Positions 1 through 8,851 of a DNA stretch of 64,000 nucleotides are shown here, one piece after another (positions within the stretch are counted from its first letter, which is position 1; each line of letters starts with the position of its first letter). Origin of the DNA: Candidatus Moranbacteria bacterium GW2011_GWE2_35_2-. GTDB lineage: Bacteria; Patescibacteriota; Minisyncoccia; Moranbacterales; UBA9337. The notes beneath the pieces are model-generated. The model saw nothing but the letters and a program-made list of their open reading frames with translations, had not been told where the DNA came from and searched no databases. The position numbers were made by a program, and so were the translations under genes. The stretch covers positions 79,504 to 143,503 of the forward strand of contig LBQD01000003.1 of assembly GCA_000990585.1 (NCBI GenBank), written 5' to 3'.

Positions 1-73
1 TCTTATAAAAAAACGAGATAAAAAAAGGAAAAAATGGATCAATATAACATTCGATTCTTTTTCAAGAGATGAT

Positions 74-574
74 ATGTATAAAATATCCTATTCTCTCGGA
101 ATATTTTTTTCAGCGATGTGTCTTTTTGAGGGAAATACTGGTTATAGCAGACAACAGCTTATGTTGATCGATAATTTTTTCGTAATCCCTGGATTGGGCG
201 GAGCTGGTTTCTGTGCTTTTTTTTCAGCGCATTTAATCAAGTGGCTGAAAGAAAAACTTGTTGAAAAAAATGGCGATACTAATTTGGGTGAGAAAATTTC
301 CTTGTCTATGAGAAATCGTTATTTCTGTATGGATCCTGGTTCAAAAAAATATTTTCATCGTGATGGATTTCGAACACTTTTCAGATCTCCAGCATGGATA
401 AGCTTAAATTGTCCCGGAGATGCTTGTGATTTGAGTCCTGAATGTTTTCATGATGGCAGTGATGGAGAAGGTTACACAATGGTTCCGCATAACGTGGACA
501 ATGTATTTCAGCAATTTTCTCTTCTTTCTGGTTTGGCAAAAATACACATGCTTGCCAGGAAGGATGGATTTTAG
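74..574 (+). CDS. hypothetical protein
   Basis: 166-aa ORF with no recognisable motifs. Confidence 0.3.
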   Translation: MYKISYSLGIFFSAMCLFEGNTGYSRQQLMLIDNFFVIPGLGGAGFCAFFSAHLIKWLKEKLVEKNGDTNLGEKISLSMRNRYFCMDPGSKKYFHRDGFRTLFRSPAWISLNCPGDACDLSPECFHDGSDGEGYTMVPHNVDNVFQQFSLLSGLAKIHMLARKDGF

Positions 575-704
575 GTTTTTATGGTCGTTTGTGGAGTATT
601 ACAAACGACCTCTTTTTATTTTATAAATCTCTCTTTTTCGTCAGTAGTTGATTGGTTTTTTGGAGGGTGGTATAATTATGGGGTGGTAAAATATTATTAA
701 AAAA

Positions 705-1241
705 ATGAAAAAAAGAATAACAAAAGATCAGTATTATATGAATATTACTCGTGAAGTTGCCGGGCGCACTCCTTGTTTTCGAGCACACCATGGCGCAATA
801 ATTGTGAGTGATGATCAAATAATTGCTACCGGGTATAATGGCGCGCCAAGAAAAACAAAGGATTGTTATGAAAGAGGTAATTGCTTGCGAAGCGAGCTGA
901 AGATCCCATCGGGACAGCGTTATGAATTGTGTCGCAGTGTTCATAGCGAGCAAAATGCCTTGATTAATGCTGCTCGCGCAGGAGTAAGTGTTCTCGGAGG
1001 AACATTATTTTTGTATTCAAAAATATTTGACAAAGACGGAAATGAAAAAATAATCAACGCTTACCCGTGTTTTATTTGCAAAAAAATGCTGGTTAATTCG
1101 GGAATAAAAAATGTAAAATGCAATCAAGAAGATGGCTCCATTAAGGAATATTTTATTGAAGATTGGGTGAAAGATTGGCAGGAAAATGATTTAATCGATG
1201 ATGTTGAACAGTATGGGACCAAAATTATAAAAAATAAATAA
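705..1241 (+). CDS. dCMP/CMP deaminase, zinc-binding (ComEB-like)
   Basis: Cytidine/deoxycytidylate deaminase signature H-x-E (VHSEQNAL) and PCxxC (YPCFICKKM). Confidence 0.75.
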   Translation: MKKRITKDQYYMNITREVAGRTPCFRAHHGAIIVSDDQIIATGYNGAPRKTKDCYERGNCLRSELKIPSGQRYELCRSVHSEQNALINAARAGVSVLGGTLFLYSKIFDKDGNEKIINAYPCFICKKMLVNSGIKNVKCNQEDGSIKEYFIEDWVKDWQENDLIDDVEQYGTKIIKNK

Positions 1242-1245
1242 AATT

Positions 1246-1800
1246 ATGAGTAAAGTTATTTTTGGATTAGCAGGAGAGATTGCAAGCGGAAAAGGAACGG
1301 TGGCAAAATATATAGTTGAAAAACACAATGGATCGTCGCACAGATTTTCAACCGCTCTTCGGGATGTGGCAAAAAGGATGTATATTAAAGAAAACAGAGA
1401 AAATCTTCAAAAAATTTCAACTATTTTTAGAGAGAATTTTGATGATAATTTATTGTCGATGGTCATTTATCAAGATGTAAAAAATGACAGCCATAATATT
1501 GTTGCAATTGATGGAGTCAGAAGAATGGCGGATATCGAGTATCTTAAAAAACTTCCTGAATTTAAATTGGTTTATATTGATGCGGATATAAAAAATCGTT
1601 TTGAAAGAATCACCAAAAGAGGAGAAAACGTTGATGATAACGCGAAAACTTTTGAGCAGTTTAAAAAAGATCATGAAAGGGAGGCTGAATTGCAAATACG
1701 GGATCTGAAAAGTAAAGCGGATTTTATTGTAGATAATAATGGATCTTACGGCGATCTTTACGTTCAAGTTGATGATATTATAGGAAAGAATAAAAATTAA
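1246..1800 (+). CDS. P-loop nucleoside-monophosphate kinase (AK/CMK-like; putative dNMP kinase)
   Basis: N-terminal GxxxxGKGT P-loop (GLAGEIASGKGTVAK) as in adenylate/cytidylate kinases. About 180 aa. Lies between dCMP deaminase and ThyX. Confidence 0.45.
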   Translation: MSKVIFGLAGEIASGKGTVAKYIVEKHNGSSHRFSTALRDVAKRMYIKENRENLQKISTIFRENFDDNLLSMVIYQDVKNDSHNIVAIDGVRRMADIEYLKKLPEFKLVYIDADIKNRFERITKRGENVDDNAKTFEQFKKDHEREAELQIRDLKSKADFIVDNNGSYGDLYVQVDDIIGKNKN

Positions 1801-1813
1801 ATTTTTTATAAAA

Positions 1814-3163
1814 ATGGATATTCTAGAAAAACATACAGTCAGGAGTCTTGACAATGAAGGATTTGTTTTGGTGCTTAATAATGAAGCAAAGATTGATGGG
1901 CAGGCGGAAGCAATGCTTCAAGCACTTCATTCCCGTTCAACAGGGGGAATAAAAAAACATTTACAAGTGCTTGAGGAGAAAGGGGCGGATAATTTTATGG
2001 AGAGATTTTATGTCGGATACGGACACAAATCCATTGGAGATTGCGGCAGCGCAACGGTTTTTGTGGAAGGCGTTTCTATGCTGGCCGCCAAAGCAATCCA
2101 GGACTGGAGATTGTATTCCGGGCAAGAAGCATCAACTAGATATGTGGATTTTTCCAATCAAAAATTTCTAAATCCAAAAAAAACCAAAAAAGGAGAAGAA
2201 ATTTTGGAAAATTGGAGAAAATTTTATCTTAAAGCGCAAAAGCCGGTGCAAGAACATTTGGAAAAACAATTTCCGCGCCAGAATGGTGAGGATGAAAAAA
2301 TATATGAAAAAGCAATCATTGCCAGAGCATTTGATATTACGCGTTCTTTTTTGCCGGCTGGTGCAACCACTAATGTTGCATGGAGAATGAATTTTCGCCA
2401 GTTTGCCGATGAATTGATGCTTCTTCGTCATCATCCGCTGAAAGAGGTTCGAGATATTGCGGAAAAAACCGAACAAGCGCTACTTGAGATGTATCCAAGT
2501 TCTTTTGGTCATGAAAGATTTAAAAATACCGAAGAATATAATAAAAAATGGATGCAGGGAAAATATTATTATGAAAATAAAAAAACCAAGGATTTTGAAT
2601 TGGTTTATGATAATGTGGATAGAAAATTATTAAAAAATTATAAAGATATTTTGAAAAGTCGCCCAATGAAAACAGAGTTGCCAACCGCAATCGGTGAATG
2701 TGGTGTGGTGGCTTATGAATTTCTTTTAGACTTCGGTTCATATCGGGACTTGCAAAGGCATCGAGCTGTTGTTCAGAGGATGCCTCTTTTGGTTCGAAAG
2801 CATGGATTTAATCAATGGTATTTGAACGCGCTTCCGAATGATTTAAAAAAGGAAACCAAGGAGTTTATCAAGAAACAAGAGAAAGAAATCCAAAAAATGA
2901 AGGCTAGCGAAGAAGAGAAACAATATTATACCGCTATGGGTTATCGGGTTCCTTGTCGATTTTCCGGAGATTTGAAAGCTTTAGTTTATTTGGTTGAATT
3001 GCGCTCTACCAGGTTTGTTCATCCGACATTAGTTGAACAAATGTTGAAAGTTATAAACAGTATGAAAAAATTATTCGGAAAAGACGGACTGGTTTTGCAT
3101 TTGGACAATGAGCCGAACAGATTTGATATTCGCCGGGGTGAACAGGATATTATTGAAAAATAA
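1814..3163 (+). CDS. thyX: flavin-dependent thymidylate synthase ThyX-like (extended/duplicated form)
   Basis: ThyX-like block GHKSIGDCGSATVFVEGVSMLAAKAIQDWRLYSGQEASTRY in the N half. A second RHR motif (YRDLQRHRAVV) lies in the C half. At 449 aa it is about twice the normal ThyX length. Confidence 0.55.
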   Translation: MDILEKHTVRSLDNEGFVLVLNNEAKIDGQAEAMLQALHSRSTGGIKKHLQVLEEKGADNFMERFYVGYGHKSIGDCGSATVFVEGVSMLAAKAIQDWRLYSGQEASTRYVDFSNQKFLNPKKTKKGEEILENWRKFYLKAQKPVQEHLEKQFPRQNGEDEKIYEKAIIARAFDITRSFLPAGATTNVAWRMNFRQFADELMLLRHHPLKEVRDIAEKTEQALLEMYPSSFGHERFKNTEEYNKKWMQGKYYYENKKTKDFELVYDNVDRKLLKNYKDILKSRPMKTELPTAIGECGVVAYEFLLDFGSYRDLQRHRAVVQRMPLLVRKHGFNQWYLNALPNDLKKETKEFIKKQEKEIQKMKASEEEKQYYTAMGYRVPCRFSGDLKALVYLVELRSTRFVHPTLVEQMLKVINSMKKLFGKDGLVLHLDNEPNRFDIRRGEQDIIEK

Positions 3164-3194
3164 TTTAATTGATTTTTAGGGGAGTGAAAGAGAT

Positions 3195-3884
3195 ATGAAA
3201 AAAGGAAAATTTATTGTGCTGGATGGAACCGACGGTAGTGGAAAAGCTACGCAGACAAATATTTTAGTGAAAAAATTAAAGAAAGAGGGAAAAAAAGTGA
3301 AAACCATAGATTTTCCTCAATATAAGGATAATTTTTTTGGAAAAATGATCGGAGAATGTTTAGTTGGGGATTATGGAGATTTTATTGCAGTTGATCCTCA
3401 TATCGCTTCAGCACTATATGCTGCGGATAGATGGGAATCGAGTGAAATGATAAATAAATGGATAAGTAACGGATATATTGTAATAGCTGACAGATACACC
3501 AGTTCAAATCAGATTCATCAAGGAGGGAAAATAAAAGATTCAAAAAAGAGAAGAGAATTTCTAAAATGGTTGGAAAAAATGGAATTTGAAGTTCTTAGGA
3601 TTCCAAAACCGGATGCGATTGTCTATTTAGATGTTCCCTATGAAATTACAAAAAAATTATTGCAAGAAAAAAATGCTATAAATAAGAAAAAATATTCTAT
3701 TGGAAAAAAAGATTTGGCTGAAAATAACAAAAAACATCTCAGTGATTCAAGGAAAAGTGCAATAAAATTAGTCGGGGAATGTAATAATTGGATTAAAATA
3801 GATTGTGTTAAAAAAGGAGAAATGATGAGTATTGAAGAAATAAACGAGATTATTTGGAGTAAAGTTTCAAAAATTGTAAAATAA
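3195..3884 (+). CDS. tmk: thymidylate kinase
   Basis: FIVLDGTDGSGKATQ P-loop typical of dTMP kinase. About 229 aa. Confidence 0.85.
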   Translation: MKKGKFIVLDGTDGSGKATQTNILVKKLKKEGKKVKTIDFPQYKDNFFGKMIGECLVGDYGDFIAVDPHIASALYAADRWESSEMINKWISNGYIVIADRYTSSNQIHQGGKIKDSKKRREFLKWLEKMEFEVLRIPKPDAIVYLDVPYEITKKLLQEKNAINKKKYSIGKKDLAENNKKHLSDSRKSAIKLVGECNNWIKIDCVKKGEMMSIEEINEIIWSKVSKIVK

Positions 3885-3890
3885 AATCCT

Positions 3891-4220
3891 ATGAACTTTA
3901 ATGAATACCAAAATAAATCAAGAAAAACAGCTATTTATCCGGACGCGGGCAGTAATTTTGTTTATCCCACTTTGGGATTATCCGGAGAGGCGGGAGAGGT
4001 GGCGGAAAAGATTAAGAAAGTAATCCGAGACAAAAACGGAAAAATAGATCAAGAAACCAAAGAGATGATTAAGAAAGAACTTGGTGATGTTTTGTGGTAT
4101 GTTGCGCAATTGGCGACAGAGCTCGGTTTGACAATGGATGATATTGCGGAGCATAATATAAAAAAACTTTATAGCCGGTTGGAAAGAGGAAAAATCTGCG
4201 GAGACGGGGATAATAGATAG
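3891..4220 (+). CDS. MazG-like nucleoside triphosphate pyrophosphohydrolase
   Basis: Small all-alpha NTP-PPase motif region (LGLSGEAGEVAEKIKK...ELGDVLWYVAQLA). Confidence 0.65.
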   Translation: MNFNEYQNKSRKTAIYPDAGSNFVYPTLGLSGEAGEVAEKIKKVIRDKNGKIDQETKEMIKKELGDVLWYVAQLATELGLTMDDIAEHNIKKLYSRLERGKICGDGDNR

Positions 4221-4251
4221 CTAATATGAAATATTAAAGTGTTCAAATAAT

Positions 4252-5733
4252 ATGAAATACAAGGCGACAATTGGGATGGAGATTCATGTGGAGCTTAAGA
4301 CGGCTTCTAAGATGTTTTGTGGGTGCAAAAATGGACTAGGGCTGGAAAAAAAGCCGAATGTGCACATTTGCCCGGTTTGCACGGCGCAGCCCGGGACGCT
4401 TCCCGTGCCTAACCAAAAAGCGGTTGAATTTGTGCAATTGGCGGGATTGGCTTTGAATTGCAAGTTGCGAGAACAATCCAAGTTTGACCGCAAAAACTAT
4501 TTTTATCCCGACATTCCAAAAGGTTATCAAATTTCTCAATATGATCAGCCGCTGTGCGAGAGGGGAGAATTAAGAATTAAGAATAATGAATTAAAGGAAA
4601 AAAAAATCGGGATTACTAGAATTCATTTAGAGGAAGATACTGGAAAACTTATTCATCCGAAAGGAACGGATTATACTCTGGTGGATTTCAATCGCGCAGG
4701 AGTGCCCTTGATGGAGCTGGTGACTGAACCGGATTTTGACGGCGGAGATGAAGCGAGAATTTTTTGTCAAAAACTTCAACAAGTTTGCCGATATTTGAAT
4801 ATTTCCGATGCGGATATGGAAAAAGGAAATATGCGTTGTGAAGCAAATATTTCACTGTATAAAGAGGGAGAAGACAAATTGTCGGGAACAAAGGTAGAAG
4901 TAAAAAATATCAACTCTTTTAAATTCGTGGAAAAAGCGATTAATTTTGAAATCAAAAGACAATCGGAAGAATTGGAAGCGGGAAAAAAGATTGTGCAGGA
5001 AACGCGAGGGTGGGATGCCAATCGAAACGCGACAGTTTCACAAAGGAAAAAAGAATCAGCACATGATTATCGATATTTTCCTGAGCCGGATATTCCTCCG
5101 ATGGAATTTACAACTGAATATTTTGAAAAATTGCGCTTGAATCTTCCGGAAATGCCGGCGGAAAAATCCAAGAGATTTTCCGAGCAGTATAATCTTGCAT
5201 CCGACGCTGTGGAACTTTTGACTGGCGATCGTGATTTGGCGGATTATTTCGAAAAAACAGTCAGTGAACTCGAGGAAAAAATTTGCTCCAAGGAAATTTC
5301 CTGTGAAAAGAAAAAAGCGGTGAAATTGGTGGCAAATTATATTAATACCGAATTGCGAAAACATCTGACGGAAGGTGGGCATTCAATTCGCGATATTCAA
5401 ATTACCCCGGAAAATTATGCCGAGTTTATTGGAATTGTGGCGGAAGGAAAAATCAATTCCAGCGCGGCACAGACAGTTCTCAAAGAAATGTATCGAACCG
5501 GGGGCGACCCATCACAAATTATCGAAGAAAAGAATTTGATGCAAATGGAAGATGACACCGAATTGGAAAAAGTCATCCATGATATTTTGGTAAAAAATCA
5601 GCAATCCGTGGATGATTTCAAGGCCGGAAAAGACCGAGCTTTGCAATTTTTGGTTGGACAAGTTATGAAAGAAACAAAGGGTAAGGCTAATCCGGCTAAG
5701 GCAATGGAATTTATTAAAAAGATTATCGCATAG
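4252..5733 (+). CDS. gatB: Asp/Glu-tRNA(Asn/Gln) amidotransferase subunit B
   Basis: N-terminal GMEIHVEL...CGC...CPVC motif region. C-terminal YqeY-like tail. 493 aa. Confidence 0.9.
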   Translation: MKYKATIGMEIHVELKTASKMFCGCKNGLGLEKKPNVHICPVCTAQPGTLPVPNQKAVEFVQLAGLALNCKLREQSKFDRKNYFYPDIPKGYQISQYDQPLCERGELRIKNNELKEKKIGITRIHLEEDTGKLIHPKGTDYTLVDFNRAGVPLMELVTEPDFDGGDEARIFCQKLQQVCRYLNISDADMEKGNMRCEANISLYKEGEDKLSGTKVEVKNINSFKFVEKAINFEIKRQSEELEAGKKIVQETRGWDANRNATVSQRKKESAHDYRYFPEPDIPPMEFTTEYFEKLRLNLPEMPAEKSKRFSEQYNLASDAVELLTGDRDLADYFEKTVSELEEKICSKEISCEKKKAVKLVANYINTELRKHLTEGGHSIRDIQITPENYAEFIGIVAEGKINSSAAQTVLKEMYRTGGDPSQIIEEKNLMQMEDDTELEKVIHDILVKNQQSVDDFKAGKDRALQFLVGQVMKETKGKANPAKAMEFIKKIIA

Positions 5734-5744
5734 GCAGAAACGCC

Positions 5745-5828
5745 AGATCCGCCTTTGGAGGAACGGCAACAAAAGGAAGGGCTAATCCAAAAACTGCGAT
5801 GGAGTTGATCAAGAAGATTATCTCTTAG
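5745..5828 (+). repeat. degenerate out-of-frame duplicate of the last ~28 codons of gatB
   Basis: ...TKGRANPKTAMELIKKIIS* against GatB ...TKGKANPAKAMEFIKKIIA*. It sits 12-95 bp after the gatB stop in another frame. Confidence 0.6.
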
Positions 5829-5853
5829 TGTCTGGATTTTATTGCATTTTATG

Positions 5854-5883
5854 ATATTACCATATTTCGTAATATGGTAATAT
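5854..5883. terminator. perfect 13-bp-stem palindrome between convergent gatB and miaA. Twin copy at 61475-61502
   Basis: ATATTACCATATT-TCGT-AATATGGTAATAT, followed by a T-run. Confidence 0.6.
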
Positions 5884-6816
5884 TTATTTTTCAATAAAAC
5901 GGGAAACTTCTTTTTCAATATTTGCGTACTTGTTTTTTTCTTTTTGCTCGATTGGAATCCAGATAATTCTTTTGTCTTTTGCAAACCAAGTTCTTTGACG
6001 TTTGGCATAATTTTTTTCTGCCAGGTATATTTTTTCTTTTAATTCCTCTTTGTTTTTTATGTTTCCTTTTAAGTACTCCGGAATTAAGTTGTAACTAAGT
6101 CCAAAGCTTTGGATTTTTTTCCAACTCAGTTTGTATTTTTCATGCAAATCTTTCACTTCTTCAATCATTCCCATTGAAAATCTTCTGGTGACATTTTTTT
6201 TTATTCTTTCATTTAATTCTTCTTTTTCTCTTGCTATACCTATTTGTAAAAAATCATAATTCTTAATTTTTGATTCTTGATTCATGGGTGGGACTTTCCC
6301 GATGGCTTTGCAAATTTCTATTGCTCGAATTAATCTGACTTTATTTTTAGCATCAATATTTTTCGCTCTTTCCGGATCCAGTTTTTTTAATTTATTAAAA
6401 AGGATTTCCGTGCTTAATTCTTGCATCTTAATTCTTAATTCTTGATTTGGTTTTACTTCCGGAAAATCCACGTTGTCGACAAGCGCTTTGATCCAAAATC
6501 CGGTTCCGCCACAAATGATCGGAACTTTGCCGCGCTTCAAAATATCCTTGATTATTTTCTCGGTTTTCTTTTTGAATTTGGCGGCGTTATATTCCGTTTT
6601 TGGCGAGGCGATATCAAGCATATGGTGCGGAACCATTTTTTGTTCCGCTTCGGTTATTTTTCCAGATCCGATGTCCATTCCGCGGTAAATCTGTCGTGAG
6701 TCAGCGGAAATTATCTCACCATCAAATTTTTGCGCAAGCCGAATTGCCACATCCGATTTTCCGGAAGCAGTAGGACCGAGGATGACGATTATTTTATTAT
6801 CGCTTCTAAATTCCAT
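5884..6816 (-). CDS. miaA: tRNA dimethylallyltransferase
   Basis: IVILGPTASGKS P-loop. IPP-transferase family length and motifs. Confidence 0.9.
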   Translation of the reverse strand: MEFRSDNKIIVILGPTASGKSDVAIRLAQKFDGEIISADSRQIYRGMDIGSGKITEAEQKMVPHHMLDIASPKTEYNAAKFKKKTEKIIKDILKRGKVPIICGGTGFWIKALVDNVDFPEVKPNQELRIKMQELSTEILFNKLKKLDPERAKNIDAKNKVRLIRAIEICKAIGKVPPMNQESKIKNYDFLQIGIAREKEELNERIKKNVTRRFSMGMIEEVKDLHEKYKLSWKKIQSFGLSYNLIPEYLKGNIKNKEELKEKIYLAEKNYAKRQRTWFAKDKRIIWIPIEQKEKNKYANIEKEVSRFIEK

Positions 6817-8351
6817 ATGCTTGCCTTGGTGATTTTTGCTTTTATTATTTTTCCGATGAGATTTTTTGACTCCGACGTTTTGTCGGAGTGAAAATTGGGT
6901 ACAATTTTCACATTTTTCATTGTGCGGGTTTTGCCGAAATAGTTTCCGTTTTTTTTGTTTTCAATCAAGACTTCTAAAGTTTTTCCGACATATTTTTTGT
7001 TATTTTCAAAACACGTTTTCTTGAGAATTTCGTTGAGATAATTTGCTCTTCTTTCTTTTTCCATTTTACTGACGTTATCTTTCATTTTCCAGGCGGCAGT
7101 TTGCGGGCGGGGGGAGAATTTTCCGAAAAATACCATATCGAATTTCGCCTTGCGCATCACTTCGGCGCTATCTTCAAATTGTTTTTTGGTTTCTCCCGGA
7201 AAGCCAACGATAATGTCGGAAGTGATTGAAAATGGAACAGCGGGTTTGTGTTTCTTGAATGCTGATTTTATTTTGCGGACTTTTGTCAGATATTCTTTCT
7301 GGGTATATTTTCGGTTCATATTTTTCAAAACTTCGTCGCAACCGGCTTGAATGGGAAGATGGAAATTTTCGCAAACCTTTTTGCATTTGGCGACCGTTTC
7401 AATCATTTCATCAGTCACGTCTTTCGGATGATTGCTCACAAAACTGATCCAAAATTTTCCGGGAATCGCGTTGATTTTTTTCAGGAGTTGGGGGAAATTT
7501 ATGCTATCGTTCTTGACCCCCTCTGTCCTCCGGACATCTCCCCCTTGGAAAGGGGGAGAGGGTAAAGAGGGGGATTTGTATGAATTCACATTTTGTCCGA
7601 GCAGGATGATGTGCTTTGTTCTATTTTTTATCAATTTTTTTATTTCGGAAATTATTTCATCTGCCATGCGGGAAACTTCGCGTCCGCGGGCGTAGGGAAC
7701 AACGCAGTAGGCGCAAAAATTGTTGCAGCCGGTCATTATGGGGACGCCGGCTTGAAATTTATCGGAGTATTTTGGGGTAATCGAAAAATAGGAAGTATTA
7801 TTTTTGCGGGTTGTTAATTCAGGATACGCCGGAATTTTCAATTTTTCCGCCAAAGGCGGACCAGCCTTGGGCTGGCAATTTACAATTTTTCCGCCAAAGG
7901 CGGACCAGCCTTGGGCTGGCAAACAATTTTCAATGACAAATTTTTCAAACTTTTTGAATCCATTGATTGGGAAAAATAGGTCTACTTTGTTTTTCAATCT
8001 TCTTTGCACATCCGGTCTGTTTGCCAAACATCCTGTCAATATGATTTTAATTCTTGATTTCTGATTCTCGATTCCTGATTCTTGATTCCTGTCTCTCAGA
8101 TTATGTATTTGTCCATAAACCCGGTCTTCTGCCATTTGTCGCACTCCGCAGGTATTAAAAATAACCAAATTGGCGTCATTGATGTTTTTGGTTTCTTTAA
8201 ATTTTTGAGACGACAAAAATCCAGCGATTCTTTCGCTGTCGCTGTAATTCATTTGACACCCGAACGTTTTTATGTAATACTTTAGCATTGAAGTTGTTTG
8301 AAAAATAAATAGTAGTTTTTTCAGCATATCAAAAATTGACCCTAAAATCAA
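6789..8351 (-). CDS. miaB: tRNA-i6A37 methylthiotransferase (radical SAM MTTase) with in-frame repeat insertions
   Basis: MTTase N-domain (KTFGCQMN). Radical SAM CNNFCAYC. TRAM-like C-terminus. About 70 aa longer than usual because of repeat-derived insertions. Confidence 0.85.
   Translation of the reverse strand: MILGSIFDMLKKLLFIFQTTSMLKYYIKTFGCQMNYSDSERIAGFLSSQKFKETKNINDANLVIFNTCGVRQMAEDRVYGQIHNLRDRNQESGIENQKSRIKIILTGCLANRPDVQRRLKNKVDLFFPINGFKKFEKFVIENCLPAQGWSAFGGKIVNCQPKAGPPLAEKLKIPAYPELTTRKNNTSYFSITPKYSDKFQAGVPIMTGCNNFCAYCVVPYARGREVSRMADEIISEIKKLIKNRTKHIILLGQNVNSYKSPSLPSPPFQGGDVRRTEGVKNDSINFPQLLKKINAIPGKFWISFVSNHPKDVTDEMIETVAKCKKVCENFHLPIQAGCDEVLKNMNRKYTQKEYLTKVRKIKSAFKKHKPAVPFSITSDIIVGFPGETKKQFEDSAEVMRKAKFDMVFFGKFSPRPQTAAWKMKDNVSKMEKERRANYLNEILKKTCFENNKKYVGKTLEVLIENKKNGNYFGKTRTMKNVKIVPNFHSDKTSESKNLIGKIIKAKITKASIWNLEAIIK
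7516..7578. repeat. GC-rich palindromic module (TCTCCCCCTT-GGA-AAGGGGGAGA) inserted in frame in miaB
   Basis: Perfect 10-bp arms. Locally GC-rich in an AT-rich gene. Encodes SPSLPSPPFQGGDVRRTEG. Related module in the DGR RT at 18009-18050. Confidence 0.7.
7842..7926. repeat. two tandem copies of a 44-bp GC-rich unit inside miaB
   Basis: TTTTTCCGCCAAAGGCGGACCAGCCTTGGGCTGGCAA occurs twice. It holds sub-palindromes CCGCC-AAAG-GCGG and CCAGCC-TTG-GGCTGG. The ORF stays open. Confidence 0.8.
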
Positions 8352-8360
8352 GGAGGAGTT

Positions 8361-8645
8361 ATGGGAGGCGGAACTGGCATTAGCATCGGCGAACTAGTCG
8401 ACAAAGAAAAAAGCCTGCGCGAGGAGCAGGCGAGGATGGATGAAAAAATCGCGGAAATTCTCTGGACGAATTTTCGCAATTTGGAGGACGGAGGTATCCG
8501 GAAATACCTCCTTGTTTCTAAGTATGGGAACGATGACGTTTCCGTACTTATTACATGCGGATATTTATATGAGGAGGATGGCGATCTCCTCCTAACAGAA
8601 AAAGGAGAGGAGTACGTTATTGATATGCATCTGAAAAATAAGTAA
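8361..8645 (+). CDS. hypothetical small protein
   Basis: 94-aa ORF with a good AGGAGG RBS, followed by a hairpin terminator. Confidence 0.4.
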   Translation: MGGGTGISIGELVDKEKSLREEQARMDEKIAEILWTNFRNLEDGGIRKYLLVSKYGNDDVSVLITCGYLYEEDGDLLLTEKGEEYVIDMHLKNK

Positions 8646-8665
8646 GTTTTTCTATTTTTAGATGC

Positions 8666-8707
8666 AAAAAACCGAGAACTCGGAACGATGAGACTCGGTT
8701 TTTTTTA
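8666..8707. terminator. bidirectional rho-independent terminator between the small ORF and thrS
   Basis: CCGAG...CTCGG stems flanked by A-run and T-run. Confidence 0.55.
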
Positions 8708-8851
8708 TTGCAAAAATTTAAGGGGAGTTGTTTGGCTAAACAACTCCCCGGACAGGCTTTACGCACCTATCTGAGTGGTTTGCAGCGCTCCTTTCTCGAC
8801 AAACTGCTTCCCTGTGATCTAAAGGAGTAAATCGATATGCAGGGAAATTTT

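Noticed and set aside
621-953. Antisense ORFs inside well-supported genes. This one also covers 1450-1854(-), 8837-9211(+), 12863-13324(+), 14497-15039(+), 34017-34613(-), 40906-41307(-) and others in the track.
   Set aside because: They overlap conserved genes on the opposite strand, have low-complexity composition and lack motifs. They are shadow ORFs.
5734-5828. The gatB 3' duplicate as a second DGR template/variable repeat pair.
   Set aside because: The substitutions are spread over all four bases with no adenine bias. The copy is short and out of frame.
7842-7926. The 44-bp direct repeat as a possible CRISPR array.
   Set aside because: There are only two copies and no spacers of distinct sequence. 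It lies inside the miaB coding frame, and no cas genes are nearby.
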